From assembly GCA_021613535.1 (NCBI GenBank), contig CP075493.1, positions 12,338,001 through 12,402,000 of the forward strand: a DNA stretch of 64,000 nucleotides, read 5' to 3'. Both the position numbers and the translations under genes were made by a program. The stretch is from Adineta vaga (taxonomy: Eukaryota > Animalia > Rotifera). The stretch's first letter is position 1. Each line of letters starts with the position of its first letter. Of this stretch, positions 62,004 to 64,000 are shown piece after piece. The notes below the pieces were generated by a model. It had not been told where the DNA came from and did not search any database. It was given only the letters and a program-made list of their open reading frames with translations.

Positions 62004-64000
62004 ATGCAATTTATACCATCAACGATAGTTACTATTTCTTTGCCGTTATTGACTGCATTGGTTGTTGCATTTGTCGTTGTTCTCTCACTAATTCCAACTT
62101 ATCTTCAAAATAATGCCAGTTTTCCTACGTTCAATCAAAGTAATTTTATTTTTTATCATTTTATTTTACTCAATATGCTATATTATTGTATTGTATTAGA
62201 TACCGTTATTTTATCAGTTACATACAAAACAAATTTATTAAATCAAAGTTCAATTAAAATAATAGATCGAATTACATTAAATGATCAGGTATATGTCATA
62301 TTAGTTTTTTGCCATGCATCCGAAATATATACATTCTTATTCAATTTTTCAGTTGTCACAGTTATTTCGTTTACAACATCTCAATCTATCGATCATTTCT
62401 TATGGTTTTACTTCAAAAGATATAACATCAAAAGCTTCTCTAAAGAAAAGGTAAATAAAACTAGACTGAATTCATCTTGATATAAGTTTTTATTTTTCCG
62501 AAGTATTGATTCAATTCAATGTGCAGATGGCTCATCATCTTCAAATGTTCCACTTAATTTTCGATTTTCTCTCACACCTACTCGAAGGCAAATCACAAAT
62601 TATCAATGGGAACAGTATTTAACTAAACTGCAAGAAAATATTCAAACTAATTACAAACAATTCGATATCACAATGTTATCTACTGATAACAAGACAGTAC
62701 CTGTTCAATTGGAATTCTGTTCATTACAGAAACTTTCAGCCGATGCAACAACAACATTAATCACCGATAAAATCAGGTTTTTATATTTTGATTTTTACAA
62801 ACATCACATTAATCATTCAATGTTTAGACTAGATTGTCCATTAGTTATATTAGGTGCTGGTGTAGGTGGATCACACAGTGCATATCGATTAGCTCCAACT
62901 TATAAGAACAAATTATGTATATTTGAACGTGAAAGTTATATCGGTGGTCGACTTTATGATATTGATTATAATGGAAATCTTGTTGAAATCTATTCAACAA
63001 ATCCAATAATACCAATGGGTGGTATGAGATTCTATGAAAAACAACCTGTTGTTAAACAATTAGTCGATGAATTAAATATATCCTATTATCAATATGATTA
63101 TCAAACTACTATGATTAAAGCACGAGGAAAATTTTATACATCTTATAATGAAATGTGTTCAAAATCATATACAGATTTAGTTTGTACAGATGATACAAAT
63201 GGCTTCAATGTTCAAGATCAATTATGGAATAAATTATTAGAAGAATACGGAAAAAATTCTTTCAATTCATATCAATTTGCTGATGTCAATGCATTTTGTC
63301 GTTATCTTCTTGGTGATGAAGGAACAGATTATTTAAAAGATTCATTTCGCTTTCGAGCTGATTTTCTCAGTACAGATGTTAGTTCTTATATGGAATTTTT
63401 AAAGCAAGATTTCAATCTTAATCAACCAATTTATTATCCTCATCAAGGTTTATCAGAAATAGTTAAACGAATGATTTCTAATGCAACAAATCTAAATAAC
63501 GCTCAATTATATTTAAATGAACCTGTTATTGAAATCAATGAAAACATTGATCAAAGTTTTACTATTAAAACAACAAATTATCAAATCATAAGTCAACAAT
63601 TAATAATCGCAATACCTCCAATTGGTTGGAAAGATATTCAAGGTTCAATTGCTAATGAGATTAAATCTAGTAAATATTTTCAATCGATTTTACCTATAAG
63701 AACAATCATTATTGTGAATTTTTGGCCAAATAGATGGTGGGAAAATAGTTTAGTATTTGGTAAAGCTGTTGATCGTGCTTGGACAAGACAGAATTGTATA
63801 AGTTTCATTGAAATTATATCTCAACATCCAGCGAAAAAAGAACTTAATGCAACAAAAACAGTTTATGATGATGGATTATGTGTTGATATGTGGTTAACAT
63901 TAATTGCTCGATCATCACAAGATGATTTAGTTGAAGAATTATTAAGAGGATTGAGAGGATTATTTATTGATGTTGAAATACCAAGACCATTGAAAACGTT
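62004..64000 (+). CDS. Flavin-dependent amine/amino-acid oxidase family protein with an N-terminal TM anchor; multi-exon, runs off the window
   Basis: Large exon from about 62828: IVILGAGVGGSHSAYRL, IFERESYIGGRL, MGGMRF, YYPHQGLSEI, IYLNEPV and LIIAIP; upstream small exons with a hydrophobic N-terminus. Confidence 0.8.

Overview
Very AT-rich eukaryotic genomic DNA with short (about 50-65 nt) GT-AG introns. The gene content points to a bdelloid rotifer (Adineta/Rotaria-like); this is an inference, not a database result. It includes many divergent rhodopsin-like GPCRs, NHL beta-propellers, TPR- and ankyrin-fused ADP-ribosyltransferases (ART), an LDLa-EGF-7TM receptor, a REJ/GPS protein, F-box proteins and several intron-bearing enzymes of apparently non-metazoan type (DUF4419, PA-M28 aminopeptidase, EEP nuclease, DEDDh exonuclease, flavin amine oxidase). 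About 30 genes or gene remnants are present, and roughly 14 carry nonsense codons, frameshifts or internal deletions. The most notable signals are: (1) a dispersed family of short telomere-like arms, TCTTGAGGG(TGTGGG)n and (CCCACA)nCCCTCAAGA, usually as inverted pairs with a constant non-telomeric cap, one pair interrupting a DUF1275-like gene remnant; (2) a four-exon DED-transmembrane-DM9 lectin receptor that the ORF track shows only as fragments; (3) five R-S-E-clade ART genes, including a divergent/convergent TPR-ART, ANK-ART, ANK-ART block; (4) an NHL-NHL-REJ-GPS protein lacking the polycystin channel part. No rRNA, tRNA, CRISPR array or transposase was recognised.
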